Assembly (NCBI GenBank): GCA_927439865.1
Contig: CAKMKD010000021.1
Coordinates: 2,522 to 66,521 of the forward strand
Source: an uncultured Coriobacteriia bacterium
GTDB lineage: Bacteria > Actinomycetota > Coriobacteriia > Anaerosomatales > Anaerosomataceae
DNA length: 64,000 nucleotides
Reading direction: 5' to 3'
Of this stretch, positions 11,730-20,816 are shown piece by piece; position 1 is the stretch's first letter, and each line of letters begins with the position of its first letter. The notes under the pieces were generated by a model. It was not told where the DNA came from. It did no database searches and saw only the letters and a list, made by a program, of their open reading frames with translations. Made by a program: the position numbers and the translations under genes.

Positions 11730-12766
11730 GCACGATACTCTCGGTCAAGAACCTCAAGAAGTACTTCCCCGTGAACCAGGGCGTTCTGCTATCCCGGTTG
11801 GGCGCGCACGTCAGCGCCGTCGACGACATCTCGTTCGACGTTGAGCAGGGCGAGACGCTCGGCCTGGTTGGCGAGTCGGGCTGTGGTAAGTCCACGACCG
11901 GTCGCTGCGTGATCCGTCTGCTCGAACCCACGGCGGGTACCGTTGAGTTCGAAGGCACTGATGTGGGCTCGCTTCGCGGTAAAGACCTGAAGGCGTTTCG
12001 CCGAGAAGTGCAGTTCATCTTCCAGGATCCGTACGCTTCGCTCAATCCGCGCATGACGGTCGGCGAGATCGTGTGGGAGCCCCTCGTCATCCACAAGATA
12101 GGCACCCCCGCTGAGCGCGTCGAGAAGGCACGTGAGCTTCTCGAGGTCGTCGGATTGAATCCCGAGCACATCAACCGGTATCCCCACGAGTTCTCGGGCG
12201 GTCAGCGTCAGCGCATCGGCATAGCGCGAGCGCTTGCACTGCGTCCGAAGCTCATCATCTGCGACGAGCCCGTCTCGGCGCTCGACGTTTCTATTCAGGC
12301 GCAGGTCATCAACTTGCTCGATGAGCTTCAGGACAAGTTCGGTCTGACCTACCTGTTCATCGCGCATGACCTGTCGGTCGTCCGGCACATCTCGGACCGG
12401 ATCGCGGTGATGTATCTCGGCAAGATCGTTGAGATCGGAGGCTGGAAGGGACTGTACGACGAGCCCTACCATCCGTACACGCAGTCGTTGCTTTCTGCGG
12501 TGCCGGTTCCTGATCCCGAGAAGCAGCGTGGCCGACGTCGCATCATTCTCGAAGGTGATGTGCCGAGTCCGATCAACCCGCCGAGTGGGTGCCGTTTCCA
12601 CACGCGGTGCCCGATCGCCCAACCCATCTGTTCGCAGCAGGAGCCCGAGTTGCTGGAGGTGGCTCCCGGGCATCAGGCAGCGTGTCACTTCGCCGCGGTC
12701 AACCCGATTCCGGTCGACCGGCAGCGAGTATCCACCACGGCCGAAGAAGCTGCAGTCTCGGGCTAG
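11726..12766 (+). CDS. ABC transporter ATP-binding protein (DppF/OppF type)
   Basis: Walker [10 protein letters not shown], signature FSGGQRQR and Walker [13 protein letters not shown]. The start overlaps the upstream stop (GTGA). Confidence 0.9.
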   Translation: MSTILSVKNLKKYFPVNQGVLLSRLGAHVSAVDDISFDVEQGETLGLVGESGCGKSTTGRCVIRLLEPTAGTVEFEGTDVGSLRGKDLKAFRREVQFIFQDPYASLNPRMTVGEIVWEPLVIHKIGTPAERVEKARELLEVVGLNPEHINRYPHEFSGGQRQRIGIARALALRPKLIICDEPVSALDVSIQAQVINLLDELQDKFGLTYLFIAHDLSVVRHISDRIAVMYLGKIVEIGGWKGLYDEPYHPYTQSLLSAVPVPDPEKQRGRRRIILEGDVPSPINPPSGCRFHTRCPIAQPICSQQEPELLEVAPGHQAACHFAAVNPIPVDRQRVSTTAEEAAVSG

Positions 12767-12824
12767 GCACGGCGCGCAAGCATTGCTATACTTCCGTTCG
12801 CTGCCCCTCGGGGCATCAGGGAGT

Positions 12825-12910
12825 GTCGAAGTGGCGGAACGGCAGACGCGCTAGGTTGAGGGCCTAGTGAGGGCAACCTCGTGAGGGTTCAAATCCCTCC
12901 TTCGACACCA
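12825..12910 (+). tRNA. tRNA-Leu (anticodon GAG)
   Basis: Hand-folded. Acceptor stem GTCGAAG/CTTCGAC, anticodon stem CTAGG/CCTAG with loop TTGAGGG, long variable arm, T arm GAGGG-TTCAAAT-CCCTC, encoded CCA. Confidence 0.85.
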
Positions 12911-12920
12911 TGAGTTGCAC

Positions 12921-12953
12921 GAGAGCCCCCTCGGCGAGGGGGCTCTCTTTATT
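12921..12953 (+). terminator. Rho-independent terminator after tRNA-Leu
   Basis: Perfect 12-bp stem GAGAGCCCCCTC / GAGGGGGCTCTC followed by TTTATT. It overlaps the stop of the convergent gene at 12949. Confidence 0.75.
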
Positions 12954-14991
12954 CTGCCGACGTCGGCTGGGTGATGCTCGCCGCGACGATCGCGATGTCG
13001 TCGGTGTGGCTGGAGTGCGCGAACGCCACAACTTCAGCCATCAGCGTGTCAACGATGAGCTGCGGGTCCGCTTCGCGCATAGATTCGAGGATCTCTCCGA
13101 TACGTTCCTCGCCGAAGAATTCCTTGTCATGACGCGCGTCCGGCAGTCCGTCGCTGAAAATGACGATCGACTCGCCCGGCCGAAGGGCGATCCGGAACTG
13201 GTCGAAGGTTGCGTCGGTCCAGATGCCGAGTGGACGATTTCGGAGCGCATCGTGTCGGATGCATCCGGAGGGCGTGCACACAAAGGGATCAGGGTGTCCG
13301 GCGCTGCACAGATCCACGATTCCCGTTGCAGTGTCGACGATCGCGTATGTTGCGGTGGCAAATACGCCCTCGGGCAACAATCGCTCCAGTGCCTCGTTAG
13401 CCGCGGCCAGAACGTCTTTCGGGGTCGCGCCCGGGCTGCTGAAAGCATGAAGCGTGGTTCGAACGATCGAACTCGCAGCCGCTGCGGAGATACCCTTGCC
13501 CGCGACATCCCCGAGGACAAGCGCCACGCGGTGGTCGTCCAGCTCGAATGCGTCGTAGAAGTCCCCGCCGATCCTGGCCAGCTCGTCTGCAGACCGATAT
13601 GCATGGCCGAGGGCGACACCTGGAAGCGATTCGGGGAACGTGAGCATGGCGCCCTGCAGGGTATCTGCAATCTCCCGCTGCGATGCGTACAAGCGCGCAT
13701 TCTCGAACGCGAGCGCGAGGGAGATTGCGAGCCGCGCAGCGAACTCCCTGTCTGTGTCGCGGAACTGGCGCTCGGGAGTCCGCAGGTGGAAGGTGAGTAT
13801 TCCGAACACCGTGCCAGCGCTCGATAAGGGTACCGTGAGCAGCCCGGTCACCTTTAGTCGGCGGGCCAGTTCCGGGTCCACCCGCGGGTCCGTGAGCGTG
13901 TCGAGTACGAGCAGTGGGGCGCGGGTTTCAGCGGCAGCGAAGAGATGGCGGCCGGAAGACTCATCAAGCAGCGTGCCCTTGAAGTCATCAGGAAGCATGT
14001 ACGTGTGTGCCACTCTCCATGCGGTGCCTTCCCGAACGCTGATCGCGGCCGAGTCAGCATGCACCGCCTGAGCCGCGCCGAGCAGCGCGCGCTCTAGGAT
14101 CTCGTCCAGGTCGAGCGTTGAGTTCACATTCGCATCGATGACAGCAAGGGTTTGTGCCAGTTCTGCCTCACGTCTGATAATCGCCTCACGTTCGATTAGC
14201 GTCTTGTTGGCGTCCGCGAGCTCCCTGAACAGGACAGCGTTCGGCTCGGTCAGGGCAGTCTCGATGATCGCCTTGTAGAGCAGGTACGTCGCAACGATTC
14301 GGAAGTAGTGTCCAAGCAAGTTGAGGAATCCGTATGGGTCTGAGTAGAGAGTGAATATCGCCTCGGAGAGTACTGTGACACCGATTGACCATGACAGCAG
14401 CCGCAGCACGTTCGGCGCGAAACGGTGCCCGTTCCTGCGAAGGAGGACGAGTGCGATGATGAACAGCGCGCCGATAACTATCTCGGCGCCGACCTTGAAC
14501 GACGTCAGGCCATTCTTGTTCAGGCACTCCGGAAAGATGCGCCACCAGAATACGCTCGCGAGGATCAGTACGACCGCCGCGCTCCATCCGAAAAGAGAGA
14601 CGTTCGGGTTCAGCTTCTTGCCGAACAGGAGCGGAGCGACGACTAGTGAGACTGCCTGAAGTGCCCGGGCCGCGACCCAGAGTTGCGTTGCCGCGTCAGG
14701 GGGGCCACCCGAGATGACTCCCATGCCCTGGTAGCTCAAGAGGTGCGCAGCGTCAGTGGCACAGAGCGCAAGTGCCGCGATCCCGATGAAGATTAGGTAC
14801 TCGTTCTGCATGACCCTGCGGCTGTTCCACACAACCATGAACACACACGCCGAGACCGTGATAGCGAACAGCTCTGCGATGCTGTGAAACAGTAGGTAGC
14901 TCTCAAGTCGCGCCAGATAGAGCAGCGCGAAGACGGCTGCTGCGGCAAGACCGGCTATGACCATGTCGCGCAGTGGGCGTTGCGTTTCCAT
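12949..14991 (-). CDS. Membrane sensor with GAF domain and PP2C (SpoIIE/RsbU-type) serine phosphatase domain
   Basis: About 230-aa polytopic N-terminus, a central GAF-like region, and a C-terminal PPM domain with GDVAGKGISAAAASS and FSDGLPDA motifs. Confidence 0.8.
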   Translation of the reverse strand: METQRPLRDMVIAGLAAAAVFALLYLARLESYLLFHSIAELFAITVSACVFMVVWNSRRVMQNEYLIFIGIAALALCATDAAHLLSYQGMGVISGGPPDAATQLWVAARALQAVSLVVAPLLFGKKLNPNVSLFGWSAAVVLILASVFWWRIFPECLNKNGLTSFKVGAEIVIGALFIIALVLLRRNGHRFAPNVLRLLSWSIGVTVLSEAIFTLYSDPYGFLNLLGHYFRIVATYLLYKAIIETALTEPNAVLFRELADANKTLIEREAIIRREAELAQTLAVIDANVNSTLDLDEILERALLGAAQAVHADSAAISVREGTAWRVAHTYMLPDDFKGTLLDESSGRHLFAAAETRAPLLVLDTLTDPRVDPELARRLKVTGLLTVPLSSAGTVFGILTFHLRTPERQFRDTDREFAARLAISLALAFENARLYASQREIADTLQGAMLTFPESLPGVALGHAYRSADELARIGGDFYDAFELDDHRVALVLGDVAGKGISAAAASSIVRTTLHAFSSPGATPKDVLAAANEALERLLPEGVFATATYAIVDTATGIVDLCSAGHPDPFVCTPSGCIRHDALRNRPLGIWTDATFDQFRIALRPGESIVIFSDGLPDARHDKEFFGEERIGEILESMREADPQLIVDTLMAEVVAFAHSSHTDDIAIVAASITQPTSAE

Positions 14992-14997
14992 GCTGTG

Positions 14998-15003
14998 ATT
15001 CTA
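14998..15003 (-). promoter_or_regulatory. Candidate -10 box (TAGAAT) giving a leaderless transcript of the GAF-PP2C gene
   Basis: On the minus strand TAGAAT is followed by only 6 nt (CACAGC) before the ATG at 14991. No Shine-Dalgarno sequence can fit. Confidence 0.35.
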
Positions 15004-15073
15004 GCAGGTGATTCTCGTACGAAACGGCGCGGCGGCTATACTGGACACTGCGTTGCGACGATGAGGGAGACTC

Positions 15074-15742
15074 GTGCTTGAGGTTACGCGAATCCACATA
15101 GGATCGGGTGGGCTGCCGTCGTGCGGGCGCTGTGCCGCTCCGGCGGTCGCCACGTATCGGCCCGCTGCGGATATCGTCGCCGAAATCGAAGCGCTGGCGT
15201 CATCATCGGACGGCATCCTACTCGCAGGCGCCGAGGCATTCGGCCACAGCGCGCTCCCCGAGATCATCAGCGCCGCCGCCCGCAGTGGCTCCCGCAGAAT
15301 CGGCCTCGACACGGCCGGGGCGCTCCTCGCGGTAGGCGGCAACGCAGCCGGGGCGCTCCACGCGGGTGTGCGGTACTTCGAGGTTCACTACCTGCCTGGC
15401 GACGCGCCAGATGTCGTGGCCGCCGCGCATGCGGCTCGAGTCGGTATCCGCGCGATCATTGTTGCTGCCGCCGAGGCGGGGCAATCGGTCGCGGTCTCGG
15501 CGACGATCCGGGCGTGCCGCCACACCGTCGACCGACTGCCGGGTGCTGTCGCGGACCTTGCAGCCGACGGCGTGGGTGCTGTGTGCATCACTGCCGAGGA
15601 GGGATCGTGCACCGGGCCCCTCGCGAGAGCATCCGTCTGCGCGGCCTGTGACACCGGCGCAGTAAACGGCGTCTGGGTCGATGTGCTCGGTATCGAGCTT
15701 CCCGAGAGCCACTCGCTGCATCGTCGCAGGGAGGTCTCCTGA
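15074..15742 (+). CDS. Hypothetical Ala/Gly-rich protein, translationally coupled to a B12-binding radical SAM enzyme
   Basis: GTG start after GAGGGAG. The stop overlaps the next ATG (TGATG), with GGGAGG inside its 3' end. Only a CxxC pair (SCGRC) is present and I recognise no family. Confidence 0.5.
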   Translation: MLEVTRIHIGSGGLPSCGRCAAPAVATYRPAADIVAEIEALASSSDGILLAGAEAFGHSALPEIISAAARSGSRRIGLDTAGALLAVGGNAAGALHAGVRYFEVHYLPGDAPDVVAAAHAARVGIRAIIVAAAEAGQSVAVSATIRACRHTVDRLPGAVADLAADGVGAVCITAEEGSCTGPLARASVCAACDTGAVNGVWVDVLGIELPESHSLHRRREVS

Positions 15743-17010
15743 TGAACGAGGTTCTCAAAGTTGCGCTGCTTGCGTTCAACGCCCCTGGCTATCAGTCCCT
15801 CGCCCTCGGCTACCTGCGAGCATATGCCCAGGCTGACGACCGCCTGAAAGGCAAAGTCGGGTTCCAGACGCTTGATCTCACGACGGACACGGATCCCTGG
15901 TGGGCTGCGTATCGCGTTCTCGAACTCCATCCCGATGTGCTGGGAATCTCCGTCACCTGTTGGAGTGCGAGGCACGTTTACGACCTCTGCAGGGTCGTCA
16001 AGGCGGCTAGCCCGTCGGTGCGAATCGTTCTCGGCGGTCCTGAAGTCGGACCGATCGCCGAGGAGGTCCTGGCGCGACACGCCGAGGCGGATGCTGTTGT
16101 TCGAGGCGAAGGAGAGGTGACCTTCGCCGAGTGCCTGCAGGCGATTGCGGCAGGCCGCGATGTCTGGCGGGTCGAAGGCGTTACGGCCCGGCGCCCTGAC
16201 GGAGGCGTCGTATCGGCACCGGAGCGCGCTCTCATCGCCGAGCTTGACTCGCTTCCATCGCCGTATCTGTCCGGGGTGATGGAGCCGATCGAAGGCGCCG
16301 CATACATCGAGACGTACCGCGGCTGCCCGCATCGATGCGGGTACTGCTTCGAAGGCAAGGGCTACTCGCGCATCCGATCGTTCTCGGAGAAGCGAATCGA
16401 ATCTGAGATTCGTGCGCTGGTGATGGAACACGAGGTATCGTCATTCTCCTTTATCGACCCGGTATTCAATCTCACTTCTGAGCGCCTGGAGTTCCTCTCG
16501 GCCACGCTTGCCCCGTATGCCGAGAAGGGCGTTCGGCTGCACACCGTGGAGGTCGACATCGAGCGCATCGACGACAGCGCGGCGGTGCTTCTTGCCAAGG
16601 CGGGCGTCGCTTCGGTGGAGACCGGTCCGCAGAGCGTCGGTGCGGCTGCGCTCGCTGAGTGTCAGCGTCGGTTCGATGCAGAGCGCTTCGCTTCGGGTGT
16701 CGCTGCGTTGAAGCGTGCGGGCATCTCCATCGAGTGCGACCTCATCGTCGGTCTCCCGGGTGACACCGTGGATGATTTCTTCGACGGCATGGCGTTCTGC
16801 TTCGGCCTTGATCCGGGGAAGGTGCAGACATCGACGCTCCATGTCCTGCCCGGGACCGACCTGTGGCAGCGTGCGGGTGAGCTTGGCCTGCAGTATGACT
16901 CCGAGCCACCCCATGAGATTATCGCTACGCGAACGATCGGCTATGTCGATCTGAGGCGCGCCGAAGTTAGAGCAATGTGGCTGCAGCGCGTGTACGAGGC
17001 GCACATCTAG
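15742..17010 (+). CDS. B12-binding domain-containing radical SAM protein
   Basis: N-terminal cobalamin-binding-like Rossmann region (GISVTCW..., VLGGPEV) followed by the radical SAM motif CPHRCGYC. Confidence 0.8.
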   Translation: MNEVLKVALLAFNAPGYQSLALGYLRAYAQADDRLKGKVGFQTLDLTTDTDPWWAAYRVLELHPDVLGISVTCWSARHVYDLCRVVKAASPSVRIVLGGPEVGPIAEEVLARHAEADAVVRGEGEVTFAECLQAIAAGRDVWRVEGVTARRPDGGVVSAPERALIAELDSLPSPYLSGVMEPIEGAAYIETYRGCPHRCGYCFEGKGYSRIRSFSEKRIESEIRALVMEHEVSSFSFIDPVFNLTSERLEFLSATLAPYAEKGVRLHTVEVDIERIDDSAAVLLAKAGVASVETGPQSVGAAALAECQRRFDAERFASGVAALKRAGISIECDLIVGLPGDTVDDFFDGMAFCFGLDPGKVQTSTLHVLPGTDLWQRAGELGLQYDSEPPHEIIATRTIGYVDLRRAEVRAMWLQRVYEAHI

Positions 17011-17019
17011 GGAGGGCAC

Positions 17020-18177
17020 GTGGACGAAGTCTCACACAGGGCACGAGCAGTTCGACCATTCGTGGTGATGGACGTGGTCGCCCGCGCCAAGCAGCTCGAG
17101 GCTTCCGGTCGCGACATCGTCCGGATGGAGATCGGCGACCCCGATTTCCCAACGCCCGACGTCATCAAGCATGCGGCGGAAGCGGCCATGGAGGCGGGGG
17201 ACACCGGCTACACGCAGTCAGCAGGCCTGCCGAATCTCCGCGATGCGATCCGGGATCACTATGCGCACGCGTACGGGGTCACGGTCGACCCTGATGACGT
17301 GATCGTCACCCAGGGGACATCCCCTGCGATGCTGCTGCTCTTCGGCGCGCTCCTTGATCCGGGCGACGAGGTCATCATCTCCGACCCCTGCTATCCGGCG
17401 TACTCCAACTACATCTCGTTCCTGGGCGGCGTGCCGGTGCCTATTCGCGTGTATGCCGAGGAGGGATTCCGCTTCCGCATCGAGGAGGTGCGAGCGGCGA
17501 TCACACCCCGTACCAAAGCGATCATGATCAACTCCCCGGCGAATCCGATGGGCACGGTCCTTGGACCGGATGATCTCGCAGCGCTTGCTGCACTTGCCGA
17601 GGAGTCTGGTATCTGGATCGCAAGTGACGAGATCTATCACGGTCTGCAGTTCGACGGCCCCTCGCACTCGATTCTCGAGTTCACCAAGCGCGCATTCGTT
17701 CTCAATGGTTTCTCGAAGGCGTATGCCATGACTGGCTGGCGTCTCGGCTATCTCATCGCCCCGCGGCAGTTCGTCCGACCTGCCGAGGTGATCCAGCAGA
17801 ACTTCTTCCTGTGCGCGAACCATTTCGTCCAGGTCGCGGGCACCGTGGCGCTTCTCGAGGCGCAAGGCGATGTGGCACGAATGCGAGCCGAGTACGACGC
17901 CCGTCGCAGGTACCTTGTCCCTGCGCTCAGGGAACTCGGGCTGGTGGTCGCAACAGAGCCGACCGGCGCATTCTATGTGTTTGCCGATGCTCGATCGTGG
18001 GGCGCTGACTCGCTGGCGCTGTCAGGTCGGCTGCTCGAGGAGGCTGGTGTGGCCGCAGCGCCCGGTATCGACTTCGGGGCAGGTGGCGAGGGCTTTCTCA
18101 GGTTTAGCTATGCGACATCGCTCGACCGTCTCCGCGAGGGCGTGGAGCGTTTGAGGAGATGGTCTCAGAACGGTTAG
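17020..18177 (+). CDS. Pyridoxal-phosphate-dependent aminotransferase, class I/II (aspartate-aminotransferase-like)
   Basis: INSPANPMG and the PLP-lysine motif NGFSKAYAMTGWRLGY. It starts 10 nt after the radical SAM stop. Confidence 0.85.
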   Translation: MDEVSHRARAVRPFVVMDVVARAKQLEASGRDIVRMEIGDPDFPTPDVIKHAAEAAMEAGDTGYTQSAGLPNLRDAIRDHYAHAYGVTVDPDDVIVTQGTSPAMLLLFGALLDPGDEVIISDPCYPAYSNYISFLGGVPVPIRVYAEEGFRFRIEEVRAAITPRTKAIMINSPANPMGTVLGPDDLAALAALAEESGIWIASDEIYHGLQFDGPSHSILEFTKRAFVLNGFSKAYAMTGWRLGYLIAPRQFVRPAEVIQQNFFLCANHFVQVAGTVALLEAQGDVARMRAEYDARRRYLVPALRELGLVVATEPTGAFYVFADARSWGADSLALSGRLLEEAGVAAAPGIDFGAGGEGFLRFSYATSLDRLREGVERLRRWSQNG

Positions 18178-18210
18178 GTTCCGTCGGTAGTGCGAAGGGT
18201 CGGGGTGGCA

Positions 18211-18651
18211 ATGCGACTGGAGTCTGATGGTGGTTCGATCGCACGGTACGATGATGGCGGAGTCATCTTCACCGAAGGCGAAGACGGGCTCTACCTCTAC
18301 GTGATCGTGAGCGGAGCCGTGCGCATCCGTAAGGAGGGCGACATCGTCGCCACCGTTGTCGCCGAGCTTGGACCTGGCGAGATGTTCGGCGAGTCGGCGA
18401 TCATCGAGGAGCGCCCGCGCTCCGCCACTGCCGTGGCACGTGGGGCGACCGAGCTTGCCCGGTACGATCGCGAGTCGTTCCTGGCTGCGCTTGCGGACGA
18501 TCCGGAGCTTGCGTTGCGCGCGATGTCGGCGATCATCGACAGGTTGCGGCTCACGACCGAGCGTCTGCAGCATCTGGCAACGCAGCACGTCCTGGATCGT
18601 GCCGAGATGGCGCTCACTGAGCGGGCGATACTTGAGAGCGAGCTCTCCTGA
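18211..18651 (+). CDS. Stand-alone cyclic-nucleotide-binding domain protein
   Basis: cNMP-binding beta-roll signature GPGEMFGESAIIEERPRSATAVA. About 146 aa with no HTH or enzymatic output domain. Confidence 0.7.
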   Translation: MRLESDGGSIARYDDGGVIFTEGEDGLYLYVIVSGAVRIRKEGDIVATVVAELGPGEMFGESAIIEERPRSATAVARGATELARYDRESFLAALADDPELALRAMSAIIDRLRLTTERLQHLATQHVLDRAEMALTERAILESELS

Positions 18652-18740
18652 GCCGATAGAGAGAGTGATGAGAATGCGGTACGGTAGTTGCTACATTCTC
18701 CTGGAACTACTGTCTAGCCAATACCTTTGGGGGTCCCAAC

Positions 18741-19457
18741 GTGACCGAAGTCTGGAGCAAGGCAGACTTGCACATTCACTCGAACCACAGTGATGGGCTT
18801 GCCAAGATACCCGAGATTATGGAGTACGCATCCACCCAGACGGATCTCTCGGTCATCGCGATCACGGACCACAACACCATCGAGGGTGCGCTTTTCGCGC
18901 AGTCCCTGCAGGAGATGTACGGCATCGAGGTTGTGATCGGCGAGGAGATCTCATCGAAGTCCGGCCACATCATCGGCCTGTGGCTCAAAGAGGCGATTCC
19001 ACCGAACCTCTCGGCAGCCGAGACCGTGTCGCGCATCAACGAGCAGGGCGGAATCGCCGTCATCGCGCATCCATTCGCCAACCGCGCGTTCGGGCCCTTC
19101 GGGCTCGAGAGTGTCGGGAAGGCCATCCACGACGTCGCGTTCCACGCGCTCGAGGTCTACAACTCCTCACCGTACCTGGTGTATGCGAACAAGCTTGCGG
19201 CAAAGGCGTTCGCCGGGGGGCAGGGCGTGGCTGCAACGGGCGGTTCCGATGCCCATGTCCTCAAAGCGGTGGGCAAGGGTTACACGCTCTTCCGCGGTAC
19301 TACCGCAGACGACCTTCGCTGTAGCATCGAGAACCTGGAAACGCGTGCCGAGGCGGCCCGCGGCGGACTTTCGATTGCTCTCAGGTATGCGTTCCGTTAT
19401 CCGCAGATTCGCAGGCTTCAGTCCTGGAACTGGGAACGCTGCAAGGCTACCAAGTAG
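18741..19457 (+). CDS. PHP-domain metal-dependent phosphoesterase
   Basis: DLHIHSNHSDG N-terminal motif, ITDHNT, and a GGSDAH C-terminal motif. Confidence 0.8.
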   Translation: MTEVWSKADLHIHSNHSDGLAKIPEIMEYASTQTDLSVIAITDHNTIEGALFAQSLQEMYGIEVVIGEEISSKSGHIIGLWLKEAIPPNLSAAETVSRINEQGGIAVIAHPFANRAFGPFGLESVGKAIHDVAFHALEVYNSSPYLVYANKLAAKAFAGGQGVAATGGSDAHVLKAVGKGYTLFRGTTADDLRCSIENLETRAEAARGGLSIALRYAFRYPQIRRLQSWNWERCKATK

Positions 19458-20684
19458 TCAGTCGCTCAGAAGGTCGAGCGCCGCATCAGCGGCCTGCGTG
19501 ACTGTCCCAACGATGGCCGGATCGTCGCCCCATGGCGAGAGTGTCACCACCCGCACCGTGTCATCCAGGCGGGCTGACTCCACGGCATGCTTCAGGTCCA
19601 GGGCACTGGCAAGTGTCAGGTGAGGCAGCGTCGCCGGCGCGATGATGACGTGCTGGCAGCCGAGAGCCGCCAGGTGGCGAACCGTCTCAGTCACATCCGG
19701 TGTCTGCCATTCGATCCAGCTCGCACGAATAGTGGATTCGGCAAAGCCGCGTTCAACGAGCATCATCCGGACGCGCTGGGTGAAGTAGTTCTCGACCTCG
19801 GTCCAGCCGCATTCGAGGGACGACCAGGCAGTCGGCTGGCCTTCTCCCACGAGCACAACGCCAACGCTGCCGAGCTCTTGTCCATGTGCGGTTTCGATGA
19901 TGCGGTCGACGAGACGTGCTGCGAGGTCGTCCGATCGCCAGATGCTTGGCGCCACGGACAGACGGACGCCCGTCTCATCAGCAACCGACTGGGCGGTGCG
20001 CCGCGCGTCCATGGTGGCGAACGAGTCGTCGGGCCCAAGCGTTACCACCACAACCTCACGATGACCTGCGGCGGCAAGGTCGCGAACGGCACTACCGAGC
20101 GACGGTGACCCGTCGCACCACGCGACAGTGGTCTGACCGACCCTGCTCGACAGCACTTCGGCTACCTGATCGGCGACGCCGGTCACCGTGGCCCGGGCGG
20201 GGTTGAACCCTCCAAGTGCGCGATATCTGGTCTTCTCACTCAGGAAGACGAACGGCATCGCGCTGGTTGGCAGCTGAAGTGCCCCGCTTGAAACGAGTCG
20301 CTCAATGACACGCGCCGTCGAAGCGATTCGGTACCGGGGGGCCTCGGCGCACGACAGGATCACGAGCGCAGGCTTGTCTCGGGGTTGCGACCCCTGCATG
20401 TGAGCCGCCGCCTGGCGAGGCGAATCGACCACGGCGTGCGGGAGGGCGGCCGCCGCGCACCAGTAGCCACCGGCCAGCCCGGCGGCAACGAAGAAGATGG
20501 CAAGGCCGATCGCCTCGGCATCGCCCGTGAGCACGATCGCCGAGAATGATCGAATCATCAGGTAGGCGCCAGCCGCCACACCGATGAGTGGAATGAGCTG
20601 GCTCCGGCGGGGAGCTACAAGGGTGCCCACGAGGCACGCACCGATCGTGATGCTTCCAGCGAGCAGGCCAAGCCAGTGATGCAC
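19458..20684 (-). CDS. Membrane-anchored class II chelatase-fold (ferrochelatase/CbiX-like) protein
   Basis: Three to four N-terminal TM helices, then two alpha/beta repeats resembling chelatase halves (VVVVTLGPDD..., VVLVGEGQP..., CQHVIIAPATLPHL). I moved the start to the GTG preceded by GGAGGGA. The ORF-track start at 20798 would translate through the intergenic palindrome. Confidence 0.45.
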   Translation of the reverse strand: MHHWLGLLAGSITIGACLVGTLVAPRRSQLIPLIGVAAGAYLMIRSFSAIVLTGDAEAIGLAIFFVAAGLAGGYWCAAAALPHAVVDSPRQAAAHMQGSQPRDKPALVILSCAEAPRYRIASTARVIERLVSSGALQLPTSAMPFVFLSEKTRYRALGGFNPARATVTGVADQVAEVLSSRVGQTTVAWCDGSPSLGSAVRDLAAAGHREVVVVTLGPDDSFATMDARRTAQSVADETGVRLSVAPSIWRSDDLAARLVDRIIETAHGQELGSVGVVLVGEGQPTAWSSLECGWTEVENYFTQRVRMMLVERGFAESTIRASWIEWQTPDVTETVRHLAALGCQHVIIAPATLPHLTLASALDLKHAVESARLDDTVRVVTLSPWGDDPAIVGTVTQAADAALDLLSD

Positions 20685-20749
20685 GCGACGTCCCTCCACA
20701 CGGTGTCGGCTCGACAATAGCGGGAGATGTGGTGGCACGGCAAATGCTG

Positions 20750-20780
20750 TTGCAGTTACTATACCCCAGGGGGTATAGTA
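20750..20780 (+). promoter_or_regulatory. Sigma-70-like promoter (TTGCAG-18-TATAGT) containing a 24-bp palindromic operator
   Basis: TACTATACCCC-AG-GGGGTATAGTA at 20757-20780 has perfect 11-bp arms. It fills the spacer and the -10 box of the trxA promoter, in the divergent intergenic region shared with the chelatase-like gene. Confidence 0.65.
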
Positions 20781-20816
20781 ACCCCCGATACAAACCACAA
20801 GGAAAGGGAGCGCACC

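Noticed and set aside
15042-15056. Sigma-54-like element TGGACACTGCGTTGC upstream of the 15074 cassette, with correct GG/GC spacing.
   Set aside because: Two mismatches in the -24 box. The implied transcript start (about 15068) would fall inside the GAGGGAG ribosome-binding site, 6 nt from the GTG. The overlapping TATACT (15037-15042) is a simpler sigma-70 -10 explanation.
18721-18736. ATACCTTTGGGGGTCC just upstream of the PHP gene start, a partial match to the operator family.
   Set aside because: Both arms are degenerate (ATACCTTT, GGGGGTCC) and the G-run probably serves as the ribosome-binding site of GTG 18741. It should be re-examined only if a genome-wide motif model scores it.
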